This document shows, piece by piece, positions 25,341 to 36,488 of a stretch of DNA of 64,000 bases (positions within the stretch are counted from its first letter, which is position 1; each line of letters starts with the position of its first letter). The stretch is taken from the NCBI GenBank assembly GCA_017654855.1, contig CM030332.1, positions 2,852,001 to 2,916,000 on the forward strand. Direction: 5' to 3'. The notes under the pieces are model-generated. The model saw only the letters and a program-made list of their open reading frames with translations, made no database searches and was not told the origin of the DNA. A program made the position numbers and the translations under genes. Source of the stretch: Podospora anserina (lineage: Eukaryota).

Positions 25341-26680
25341 ATGTCTATAGCAGCAGCAGCAGTAGGACGCCAAGCCTGGCGGGAACTGGCGCGCAACAAC
25401 AGCACTGCTGCGATCCGTCGTACCATCTCCTTGTTGCCCAAGTCGCAGCAATTCCGTCCTACCTCCTCCGTTCCTGCTTTTACCGCCAACGCCAGCAAGG
25501 CTGCCCCCCGGTTTTCCCAGTCGCAACAATACAGATCCTACAGCTCGGGCGGTTCAAGCGGTGATGGGACAAAGGTCAAGTTCTGGCCGTTTGTGCTGGT
25601 GTTGGCTGCTGGTACTGGCGGGTGGGTGTTGTTGATTAATAGGCAAAAGAGTAAGTTTACTTTTTCTTTGGGGGACAACGAATGGGCGCACAGCGGAGAT
25701 GGATGAGATGGATGATGTAGTTGGACGAATAGGGGAAGGAGTTGGTGCGGCATGGAGGGTTCCCAAAGAACAGGCGGGAGCTTTGCAGCTGCCGATTTGT
25801 TGGAGGGGCAATCGAGCTGTGCCATGTGAGGTGTGTAGCTATGCCAGGTTTCAAGGCAGGAAGCACCCTCAAAGAGCGTCACTTTTTGAACCTCCAACGA
25901 TACATGTCTCTTGAAACTCGCCCATCAACTGCCCTAATCTCGACATCACAATACTACATACCTATCTAACCTAAAACTATACCCAAACAAAACCACAACT
26001 AACCGCCCCAAACCACAGACATGCCCCCCAACCCCAAGCAAACCGCATCCTCCTCCGCCAAACCCACCCCAGCCTTCTCCCCCTCAGAAGTAACCGTCCT
26101 CTTCGTCCTCGGCGGCCCCGGCGCCGGCAAGGGAACCCAATGCACCAACCTCGTCAACGACTTCTCCTTCCATCACCTCTCCGCCGGCGACCTCCTCCGC
26201 GCCGAGCAGGACCGCCCCGGCTCCCAATACGGCCAGCTAATCCAAGACTGCATCAAGAACGGCGCCATCGTCCCGATGGAAGTCACCGTCGCCCTCCTCG
26301 AGAACGCCATGGCCGACGCCATCGCCAAGTCTGGCTCGAAAAAGGCGCGCTTCTTGATCGATGGCTTCCCGAGGAAGATGGACCAGGCGTTCCAGTTTGA
26401 AAAGGTGGTTTGTCCCGCGAAGCTGGTGCTCTTCTTTGACTGCCCGGAGCAGGTGATGGAGGGGAGGCTGTTGGAGAGGGGCAAGACGAGCGGGCGGGCG
26501 GATGATAATGCGGAGAGTATCCGCAAGAGGTTTAGGACTTTTGTTGAGACGAGCATGCCGGTTGTGGAGTATTATGACAAGGAGGGGAAGGTGATCAAGG
26601 TGGATGCGACGCCGGGACCGAAGGAGGTGTATGAGGATGTGAAGATGAAGCTGGTGGGGAAGTTGGGGGAGAACTTTTAG
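25341..26680 (+). CDS. URA6: UMP-CMP (uridylate) kinase with N-terminal mitochondrial presequence/TM exon
   Basis: Exon 25341-25650, intron 25651-26018 (GTAAGT..CTAAC..CAG), exon 26019-26680; [47 protein letters not shown]. Confidence 0.92.
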
Positions 26681-27180
26681 ACTGAGTTGACTGGGGCGGT
26701 TTTGATATTTTGAGCGCTGAACTTGGTTGGTTGGTTGGCATGGTGTTGATAGAAGGGATGGATGGGTTATGGGAAAGCAAAGGGCAAGCAAGCATTGGAG
26801 TTGGAAGAAACTTAGAAATGGAAAAAGGAAAAGAATCGTTCGTTTTTCTTTCTTTTGTAGTTACTTTTGCAAATCTTAGATAGAAGCCGAGGTAGTTCAT
26901 ACGTTTTGTTTCCCATCGGTATACAAGTGCACCTGCTCTTGTCAGTATTCCTGGGAGAGACCAATATCGCACTTTTGATCAATGAACCAAAGCAAGTTGG
27001 TTGTGAATATGTGTGTTGTACATTTTTGCTTGTTGTCTTGCTGGTATTGATACAAATGCTGCCCTGCCCTGCCCTGCCCTGCCTCCCAATCTATACACTT
27101 TTCCCCATTCATCCTCTTGGTATTCCTCCCCCCCATTGTCCTTTTGCTCTGTCGATCGTCGTCGTGATATCGTAGCGCCT

Positions 27181-27803
27181 TTACCTGGGGAACTTGCTCC
27201 AGCTGCGCTTCCCAACCTATTATGTATCTCATTAGCACTCCTCCCTCTCCCTCTCCCAATACTATTTTCCCTTGTTACATACCTTCTTCCACTCCCTAAT
27301 AAGCCCAGGCATCTCAAGCATAGCCTTCCTCCTCTTCTCCATCCTATCATCCTGTCAGCACCCCGTCTTTCCCCCTCTCCCCAAAGGAATACGTACTTTG
27401 CGACCAGCACCCTCTCATGCTTATGACCCTTGACCTTCTCACCCAAACCAGTACCCTTCACCCTCAACCCAAACTCCACCCTCTTCGCCAGTCTCGTCTC
27501 CGTCCCCTTCTCCGTATAAGGCAGCAACTCCTCCACTCCGTGCTCCCTCGCCAACTTGACAAGCTCAGCCTGTCTGCGCAGGGAGTATTTTGGGTCGTGC
27601 CATTTGCCGGTCACAGGGTGCTTCCGCGGGAGGAACGGGTTGGGGGTCTCGCGCTGGTAAAAGGTGAGGGCCTTGCTCGGAGCGTGGGCCGCGCCGAGGG
27701 GGAGGATGGATAGGGGGGGGTAGCGCGCCAGAAAGGTCTTGAGGCGGGCGGGGAGGGATTGCGCTAGTTGGATGAAGGTTGAGGGGTTGGTGGGGGTCGC
27801 CAT
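27181..27803 (-). CDS. MRPL25: Mitochondrial ribosomal protein mL59
   Basis: LPARLKTFLARYPP, NPFLPRKHPVTGKWHDPKYSLRRQAELVKLA, KGHKHER; two introns; ends VGKRSWSKFPR TAA 27183-27181. Confidence 0.88.
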
Positions 27804-28036
27804 GATGGGCGGGATGTGTTGTTGTTGTTGTCGTCGTCGTCGTCCCGGGGGACGGGGATGTTGGATTGGTGACGGTGCGGTCGTAGAGGTTCGCAATCGG
27901 GAGTGAGGGTGGGAGCGAGCTTGATGGACAGGGTCGGTTATCGAAAAAAGTTCTAGGGTTGGGATTGGTTGATGGGAGTGGGCAATTGGGAGACCCTAAC
28001 CCTGTGGTTCGTAGGCTACTGAGAGACGAGAAACGC

Positions 28037-28158
28037 ATTCTATTATGGTTTAGGACCTTTCGACTGTCTATAAGGGTTTATAACAGATATTTAATACCAA
28101 TTTACTGTTTATAAAAGCCTCTTTGCTATCTTTAAGGCCTCGTCCCTAGTAGCAAAGC
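28037..28158 (-). repeat. Degenerate 20-21 bp periodic array (GCCTTAAAGATAG-like)
   Basis: Minus-strand units gccttaaagatagcaaagag, gcttttataaacagtaaattg, gtattaaatatctgttataaa, cccttatagacagtcgaaag, gtcctaaaccataatagaat. Confidence 0.5.
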
Positions 28159-28241
28159 CAGGGTTAATAGTGCAGATACATGCAAGAACAAAGATATACA
28201 ACCATGATGAGGACCAAATTGAAGGCATCTTATCAAAAGCT

Positions 28242-30389
28242 CTACTGCCATCCCCCCTTGCCTCCAAACCCACCACTATCCTCCACCTTCTTCTGCCCCC
28301 TCTGTGGCTTACTCTGCGCAGCCTCATGCCTCCTCAACTCATCCGGCACCTTAGAAATACTCGACTTGGAGATAATCTGCTTCAGGTCATACATCACCTC
28401 CGTATCCTCATTACCCAAAAACGTAATAGCCACACCACTCTTGCCCGCACGACCCGTACGACCAATACGATGCGTGTAGCTCTCAATGCTCGACGGCATG
28501 TTAAAGTTGACAACCAAGCTCACATCCGGCACATCAATACCACGACCGGCCAAATCTGTCGCCACCAAAATGCTCGACTGGCCGTTCCGCACCGACGCAA
28601 GCGAAGCCTCACGCTGCTCCTGCGTCTTGCTGCCGTGAAGTGTCGTCGTGGAGAAGCCCCAAGACTTGATATCCTTGGCGACCATCTCGCAGTTTCGCTT
28701 GATGTTGACAAAGACAATGATGGGCGGCTTGAACTGGCCCGAGTTGAGAATCTCCCGAAGTCTGTTCTTCCTCTTGTCTTCGCCGGCGATGAACTCGACG
28801 CGTTGCTCAACAGTATCGACGGCTTCGCCTGCGTTGCCGATAGTGACGATGGCTGGGCGACGTAGGTATTTTTTGGCGATCCTTTCCACCAGTGGAGGCA
28901 TCGTAGCTGTGTACATCATCGTCTGACGGTAACGGTCTTTTCCACCCAGATATTTCTTCATGAGCTGGGGATTCTCGGCCTCTTCCGTATCTGGCTTCTC
29001 GTTGGTGACTGGGAGTGCGTCCAGAATCTTGGTCAGTGGTTCTTCGAAACCTTGGTCGATCATGCGATCGGCTTCATCCATGATGATGTAGCAACACTGA
29101 GTAAAGACCAAAAGTCGTCTTTCAAGGCAGTCGACCAGACGACCTGGTGTAGCAACGATAATCTCTGCTCCGTTGCGGAGAGCGTAGGCTTGTTCTTCCA
29201 GAGAGTGACCACCAACAATGCTAACGACAGTGAACCCGAGGGGCGTGGCAAACTTCCGAGCTTCGTTCTCAATTTGTTGTACCAATTCTCTCGTCGGGGC
29301 AAGAATAAGGGCGTATGGACCGTCGTTCTTGTTGACATCGTTCAAGGGCGGGAGCTCAGAAATGTATACCAGCAACGGCAGCAAAAAAGCTGCTGTTTTA
29401 CCGGAACCGGTAACGGCCACACCGATCAAGTCTCTGGCCTGGAGAGCAATAGGAATAGACGCCCTTTGGATAGGCGATGGCTCGTCGTAGCCAACATCGT
29501 GAACGATATCCAGTAGCCTCCGTGGCAGATTCGACTCTTCCCAGCTACGCATAGGGTTCGGAATAGCACCGCCCTTGGTGGCAATGCCAAAATTCTCCTT
29601 GAAGATGCGCCAGTCACGCTCCTTCATCTCCTCCAGTCTCTTCTCCGACCAATGTGAGCCCAAAGCCTTGCGTTTAGCTGCTTGCTTGGCGCGCTCGTGC
29701 TGTTCGAGAAGCTGTCTGGCACGCTCCTCTCCCGTTTCTGGATCTCCACGCCGGATAGCCTCCGCCTTTCTTCTTACAAGCTCGTCGGTCGACTCTTCGC
29801 CTCCACGCTTGAATACTGGTTCGAGACGGTCTTTGTAGATAGGATCATCCGGTCGGCTCGTATCATCGTCTGGGTCCCAATCGAAGTTGAACTTATTCGC
29901 GGCCGTTCTCCTTCTCTTCTTCTTAGCCGAGAAGGTAGACTGGTTGACAACGGGTCCCATATATTTGGCGCGCAACTCGGCCTCGTCGTTCATTTCCATC
30001 TTCGTCCGCCGCCCTTCGTCATCCATGGGGGCGCCGCGCTTTGCTCCGGCGCGATGCGGGCCCCGGTCATCATCTCGCCTGTCGCCCTCTCGTCTGTCGC
30101 CCTCTCGTCTGTCGCCTTGCCTGTTTCCTCGGTCGTCCGCTCGCATCGCCTTAGGGCCAGTCGGAATTTCATTTCGAGGCCGTGATGGCTGAGAACTGCC
30201 ATTGGAATGGCCATTTTCCAGTGTTGTCTCTTTTCGTTTCAGTTCCTCCTCTTCTTTGGCCTTCTTTTCGGCGGCGAGGCGCTCGCGTTCTTTCTTGGAG
30301 ATAAATCGCGGTTTTGAGGCGGCTTCCTCCTGGGCCTTCTTTTGCCGTAGCAAGGCGGCCAGGTCAGGCGGTTCTCGTCGTGAAGCCAT
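28242..30389 (-). CDS. PRP28: Pre-mRNA splicing DEAD-box helicase Prp28
   Basis: Intronless 715 aa; KFNFDWD, HWSEKRLEEMKERDWRIFKE, AVTGSGKT, PTRELVQQI, DEAD, YTHRIGRTGRAG. Confidence 0.97.
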   Translation of the reverse strand: MASRREPPDLAALLRQKKAQEEAASKPRFISKKERERLAAEKKAKEEEELKRKETTLENGHSNGSSQPSRPRNEIPTGPKAMRADDRGNRQGDRREGDRREGDRRDDDRGPHRAGAKRGAPMDDEGRRTKMEMNDEAELRAKYMGPVVNQSTFSAKKKRRRTAANKFNFDWDPDDDTSRPDDPIYKDRLEPVFKRGGEESTDELVRRKAEAIRRGDPETGEERARQLLEQHERAKQAAKRKALGSHWSEKRLEEMKERDWRIFKENFGIATKGGAIPNPMRSWEESNLPRRLLDIVHDVGYDEPSPIQRASIPIALQARDLIGVAVTGSGKTAAFLLPLLVYISELPPLNDVNKNDGPYALILAPTRELVQQIENEARKFATPLGFTVVSIVGGHSLEEQAYALRNGAEIIVATPGRLVDCLERRLLVFTQCCYIIMDEADRMIDQGFEEPLTKILDALPVTNEKPDTEEAENPQLMKKYLGGKDRYRQTMMYTATMPPLVERIAKKYLRRPAIVTIGNAGEAVDTVEQRVEFIAGEDKRKNRLREILNSGQFKPPIIVFVNIKRNCEMVAKDIKSWGFSTTTLHGSKTQEQREASLASVRNGQSSILVATDLAGRGIDVPDVSLVVNFNMPSSIESYTHRIGRTGRAGKSGVAITFLGNEDTEVMYDLKQIISKSSISKVPDELRRHEAAQSKPQRGQKKVEDSGGFGGKGGWQ
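30076..30120 (-). repeat. 15-bp coding tandem repeat in PRP28 (RREGD units)
   Basis: cgcctgtcgccctct / cgtctgtcgccctct / cgtctgtcgccttgc. Confidence 0.85.
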
Positions 30390-30554
30390 CGGTAGTTGAT
30401 CTTGCGGGCGCAGAACGATGGTTGTGTGAAGAAAAGGTCAGTTGTAGCCTCCAAGGTTCACGGTCAAAAATAAGCGAGTACCTTGATTTATGCTTGGGTG
30501 GTCTGTGCACCATGTATTGGACAGGACTTAAGGCTTAAGACTGTTTGCTCCTGG

Positions 30555-30800
30555 GACATAAAAGACAGTCAATAGGACGGACAAGATAGTCCATAGGCAT
30601 TCGAAGATAGTTGGTAGGCCTTAAGAGAGTGTCTATGGGCCTTTAAAGATTGTCTATAGGTGTCTCCACATAATAATTAGGCTTTTCATAGTCCACATGT
30701 CCTGGAAGATAGTCGATATGCCTTTAAAATAATTGAAATGCCTTCAAAATAGTCGAGACGCCTTCAGAATAGTTAACACATCTTGAAACATAATCAGAAG
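30555..30800 (+). repeat. Degenerate 20-21 bp tandem array (~12 units), consensus approx. GCCTTYRAAGATAGTCTATAG
   Basis: Units start at 30555, 30576, 30597, 30618, 30639, 30660, 30681, 30699, 30720, 30740, 30760, 30780. Confidence 0.75.
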
Positions 30801-32314
30801 TATGTAGATCATCTCTGAAGGCGTTAATGTTTTGTCGCACTCTATTTTTCTGCCCTCGACATGAGTGGGACAGAATTTGTATTCTTTCGTGATCAACGGA
30901 ACGCTCCGTCCACAATAAAAGTATAGCGTCACTTCAACGACTTCTGCTTCCTGAGTAACGAGTGATCACGGAGTTGTTGGCCACGTGCAACATATTTCGA
31001 GGTCTCTCTTATGATATCCCATGGTCCATATTCCACTAAACAGATCCCAACAACTAGAGTCTAGACTAGTTCAACGGCTCGTCGTTCGGCACCTGTTTGA
31101 CATGTGAGAGCCCGGTGTAAAGGAGAGCGAAAATAGCGAACTCGGCGCCAGAGTTGGCTTATTAGTGGAGATGTCGTTGGCAAATGCCACTGATGGTTGA
31201 TTAGATGATCTTATCTGATCATCTTTGGCATGGTCCATGTGGCCCATCATCCCCACCCAACATGCCGATTAGGTAACCCAGTTGCAAAACACCTCACAAA
31301 AAACCCCATTGGAACGTTTCGAATCTTGTTCCAAACCCCACTGCTACCGAGGTCTGGGATTGCGGACCTCAACAAAGCTTCACGCAAGCAGCATCAATCA
31401 TGCGATTCCAGGAACCCCAGGACTGAATCGCAACCCAGAGACGTCCCTCCTTGCCCCGCCAAACCGCTAACCCTGGGTTGCCAAGCCCCCAGGGTAACAG
31501 CACAACGGCTGGCTTCCGCTGACCAGCAGACGGCTGAACGGTTTTCCAAGTTTTTTTTCCCAGGGCTTTGAACATCTGATGGCCGAGTTTGGATTCTGCC
31601 GCTACACAACACCATGCTTTTGTATTGATCGACAGCCGATTTCGCAACACCGGGAGAAGCTGCTGCTTCAGCCTTGAGGTGGTGTGAGGTCTCTACGACC
31701 TCGCCGGCCTACAAAAGGGCGAGCACCCATCAAAGCATTTCCCTGCATTGCTCCTGATAGTAGCCCCTCCAGACCGGTCCCCGCCCCGCTCATCGGATCT
31801 TGACCCTCGTGGGGTTTCCCGGGATCAACTCGCAGTTTCGAGCGGTGACTGAAGAAACTTGAGACGGCAAAGCTCTCATGTGAGTGGGAATTCGGGGGTT
31901 GGGTCGTGGTGGCAGTGAATAGTTTTGTCTTGTCTTTTCTTTTCTTTATTATTTGGGTCGTTTCACCCTTGCTGCAACCCGGCCGAGTCCAAGTCTGTTT
32001 GTCACTCACCAGTGTCTTCACAGTCACACCCGCCCGCTCTCCAAAGTCCAAGCTGCAGGTCGTCATCCTATCTTGTCTCGAAAAAGACTCCAATTCGCAA
32101 CCGGGATCCCCCTCATAAGAGGTATCGAAGATCTCTGCAGCCGCATTCTGCGCTCTGCTCCGTGTCCTGCGTCTTTATCACGCGCAGTGTCGGGGACTCA
32201 ATTGAGAGCGTGTGTGTGCCATTGTGCGCCCAGGAGGGTATCGACACTGGGCTATTCGCTCCCGGCTGTCAAAAGAAGAGAGGAAGTGAACGTCTCCCAC
32301 AGTTCCAACTCACT

Positions 32315-33407
32315 ATGGAGCCAGCAGTCACACTTAAACCAGAGGTGCCTCCTGCACCAACCTCATCATCCACCACATCCCCCTGCATCACCACACCAGT
32401 AATCCTCAAGCCCAAAACCGCCGTCATGGAGGCTGTTGAGGACATCGTCTACGGCTCAGTGAGTGCCCCTTCATATCTAATTGACGCAGTAAAACTTACC
32501 ATGCACCTCTTTTCAGGTCGCCGGTGTAGTGGGCAAATACATCGAATACCCCTTCGACACAGTCAAAGTCCGCCTCCAATCCCAACCCGACCACCTCCCC
32601 CTCCGCTACACCGGCCCCCTCGACTGCTTCCGCCAGGCCCTCCGCTCCGACGGCCTCCTCGGCCTCTACCGCGGCATCTCGGCCCCCCTCGTCGGCGCCG
32701 CCCTCGAGAACTCGTCCCTCTTCTTCTGGGAGCGCATCGGCCGCGACCTCACCTACGGCTTCGGCCTCGCCTCCCACGACAAGCCGCTGTCTCTCCAAAC
32801 CCTCTGGCTCACGGGCGGCTTCGCCGGCGCCATGACCTCCTTCATCCTCACCCCCGTCGAGCTGGTAAAGTGCAAAATCCAAGTCCCTGAAACGGGCGGG
32901 AAGGCCGCCGCCCCCCTGAAGCCAATCCCCGTCATAAGGGACATCTTCCGCCACCAGGGCATCTCGGGCTTCTGGCACGGCCAGCTCGGCACCCTCATCC
33001 GCGAAGCAGGCGGCTGCGCGGCTTGGTTCGGCTCCAAGGAGACCACCACCAAGCTCTTCCGTCAGTGGAACGAGAGCAGAGCCACTTCCCCGCAACATCT
33101 CGAGCAGATCAGAGCACAAGATGCCCTTCCCCTTTGGCAGCAGGCGGTAGCGGGCGCCTCGGCGGGCATGGCCTACAACTTTTTGTTTTTTCCGGCAGAC
33201 ACGGTCAAGTCGAGGATGCAGACCACGCCGATTGGGGAGGTGGGGCCCAAGAAGACGTTTATGGGGGAGACGGCCGCGTTGTGGAAGCAGGCTGGTCTGA
33301 AGGGGTTCTACAGGGGGTGTGGGATCACGGTGTTGAGGTCGGTGCCGAGCTCGGCGTTTATCTTTATGGTGTTTGATGGGTTGAAGAAGTATTTGCCTAT
33401 GCAATAG
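32315..33407 (+). CDS. Mitochondrial carrier, ornithine transporter type (ORT1/arg-13 family)
   Basis: Exons 32315-32458 and 32517-33407; three PxD/ExxK carrier signatures ([33 protein letters not shown]); [10 protein letters not shown] and [12 protein letters not shown]. Confidence 0.9.
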
Positions 33408-34063
33408 AAGGGAGATGGGTAGATGGGGATCTATACGCTAGAGTTATACCAGGGAAGGAGAGGAGTTTGCATTGTCAAAGAGGCAGGCAGGCAACATAGA
33501 CGGCAGCGGCGGGCGGGTATTTTTTATGTCATTCGACATTATCATCAGCGGGCGTTGGGAGAATGGGCACTGATTCGTTACTGGGAATTTGCTTTCGAGT
33601 TTGATGAGAAAGGGGAGGGGGAAAAAGCCCTGGATTTGGCAATTTTGAGTTGGGGGTATTTTGCAAGGTAGTAGCAATGAGATGAAGTGTGTGCATGTCA
33701 ATGGTCTACATAAAACGGCGTTTTGTAATTATATTTTCAATGATCCCTCCCAAAGGGATCTATCCTGACCCATTGGTTCCGCCGTTACAAATCTTTACGC
33801 TCTTTTGACATAACCATGCCATCCTCACACTCACTTTTGACCTTGTCCCGAGTCCCACCTAAGCCACATCTTTGCCAGCATCATCCTCCACCCGGGTTAG
33901 AAACAAGTCCCATGAGCATACTACACATAAAAGATCGTCATACCTCCCCTCATTCCAGCCCCAGCCACCACCTCCGCCGTCTCACATTGCTCCTAATCAC
34001 CCTCGCGTGTATCCATATTTCTCACCCCTTCCACAAAAACCACCTCGTCCCCAAACGCCCCAA

Positions 34064-34740
34064 CTAAGACCTCTTCTTCTTCGTCTCCCCATCCGCCTTC
34101 TCATACGCCCCGCTCAAATCCCAATTGTTCAAGTACCCCGTCCCCGCGCTCAAATAAGTAGCAAAGCTCAACCAAGCCACATACGGCACCAGCAACCACC
34201 CCGCCGTCGCATCAACCTTTGTCCCCCATAACCAGGCCAGATACCCATTCACTCCCACCAGAGCAAGCACATCGGCGGTGGCGAGGATGGGACGGTTCCA
34301 GCCGAAGAAGAGAGGCATCCAGAGGAGGTTGAGGCCGAGCTGGATCGTGTAGAGGGTGGTGCCTTGGCGGGCGGCCGAGATTATGCCCGGGAGGTTGAGG
34401 GGGGAGGTGCCGATGCTGTAGGCGCGGTGGGAGGCGTAGCCCATTAGGCCGTAGAGGAGGGTCCAGACTGGGCCGAAGACTTGGGGGGGTGGGCGGAGGG
34501 GGGGTTGGTTGAGGGAGAGGTAGGTTCGGGGCACTTGTTTTGCTGCTTGGAAGTAAGAAGAGAGATGTTAGCTAAGGGGCTGGATGGGAGGGTTGGGGGG
34601 GGGGGCGGTTATGAGGGAGGTTACTTACGCCTTGTTGACCATCCTACTGCTGAGCCTAGGGTTATGGGGAGGAGGATGGAGGCTGGGAAAGAGGAGAAGA
34701 TGGACTCGGGGAGGGTGAGTTGGGGTATGTAAGTGGTCAT
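34064..34740 (-). CDS. TspO/MBR family translocator protein
   Basis: MTTYIPQLTLP first exon, intron ~34628-34543, PPLRPPPQVFGPVWTLLYGLMGYA, QLGLNLLWMPLFF, LVPYVAWLSFATYL. Confidence 0.92.
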
Positions 34741-36488
34741 TTTGGCGGTGTTTTGTGAGTTATCGCCGGTTTGATGTTTTGGCAGTCACTGAAGCGGCTG
34801 TTAGTTTGGAAAAGTCGGGGTTGTGGTGGTTATAAAGGCTGCGGACGGATTGCGACGGGCAAGCCGCCAACCTAGGTATGACGACATACCTCGCTTTGGA
34901 AGCAACACCCCACCTAAGCAGTTGCAGTCGATGCGGGACCAACGTTGGTTGAATGGCCTGATGTGATGATGATGATAATGGGAGTTGGACTTTGAGATAT
35001 GTGTGTTGGAGATATCAATTGATCTTTGGCAGAATGGTGGTGAAGCAGATGATAATCAATGGTGTTCGATGATATCAAGCTACAGATAATGAAGACGGGC
35101 ACTGGGGAGACAGGTACACGATTATATAGCATGCGCCTTTCTCGTGGCAATTATTCAAATGGAGTCAAGTAATGCTGATGCTATTTTCCAATTTCGATCT
35201 TGTGAAGCCATTTCGATCCTTCTCATGAGGGGCACTACAGTGGGATCGGCCAAGATGGAGCTCAGCCTCGGTGGCCTGACTGACGGATGCAAGTTCAAGA
35301 TCAGGGTCCTTCTAACAAGATAGAGTCATCCTGGAAATAAAACAGTATATAGCGACCACCTTCATGAAATCACATAGTTAGAGCTTGACCGACCTACAAG
35401 TTTTGGTATTACCTTGGAAGGAGGGGCGCCGAGCTCTTTCCTCAGATGGAGACAGTAAACAGTCAATAGTTCTCCCACGAGAACAGTCAGAGATATTGCT
35501 TGGCAATCAAAATAAACAGATGACAATTCCCCTCGAACTCACAATAATAGTTACGGCACAACAGTCTAAGAACTTTTGCCAGCAAACCGCCAGCCCAGAC
35601 AGAAGACAGCAAAGACAAGAGCAAGAGCATCTCAGGAAGTGGGCCCGTGCCGAATCCAAGCCCCCAGATTCTCCCCGTGGCCCCTGTCTTGGAGTGGAGA
35701 GCATCACGTGAGGTCCCAGCCGAGACAGCCAAAGAGTGGACCTCTCTGGGACTCTGGGGATTCTCAGATTCCGCAACACTCGGCGTCGTCGCGATACCCA
35801 CGTCAACCTCGAGCGCGCATCAGCTGCTGCTCAAGAGACCACATCACTCCAACCATCGCGCATTGTCCGCATTCTACATAATTGTTCGTTTGGACCCTTT
35901 CCTGTCTCTCTATTCTTCCCCCAAGATTTCACTGGCCTTATTTCTGCCCCTGACTCTTCTCCTGTCATTTGGAGTTGCCCTTGTTAGCATGCCCAGCTTG
36001 GTACCTGGAAGCTGCTTTTGACCTTCATGTCAGCCTCCTCCTCCTCCTCCTGACTCTCCCTCCTGTGCCTGCCTCCACCAATATCCTCCCCTGATTGAGA
36101 CGGCTTGCGGTGGTGACAATGGCATCTTCTACATTTTTTGGTTTATTTGGGCGGCTTCATGCGCTATCGTTCTTGTTTCATTTACTTTGAATCCCGTTGC
36201 CATGTCACCTAACCACCCCCGTCCACCTTTTCCGCCATGCTCCGCTGTGTTCCGCAGAAACCATCTTTCTAACCCGCAATCATGTCGCCAAACAGAAGCT
36301 CCCGCTCTGCAAACCAAACAATAGTTTTTCGACTTATCTAGCAAGCGACAAACAAGTCTCCCCAGACAACCGCAACAACGCAACCAGCGTCGACGGGCCC
36401 CTCGCAATAAAGAGCCACAAGCACCTTTGAATTTAGGGTGTCGCGCATCACCAAGAAGATCCATCTGCTATTGATCCACCTCACCGCA

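Noticed and set aside
30555-30800. CRISPR interpretation of the periodic array
   Set aside because: Eukaryotic context, contiguous degenerate units without unique spacers, no cas genes
35385-36464. Cluster of 100-125 aa ORFs between TSPO and ARS2
   Set aside because: No consistent splice model, motif or codon bias; probably a divergent promoter region
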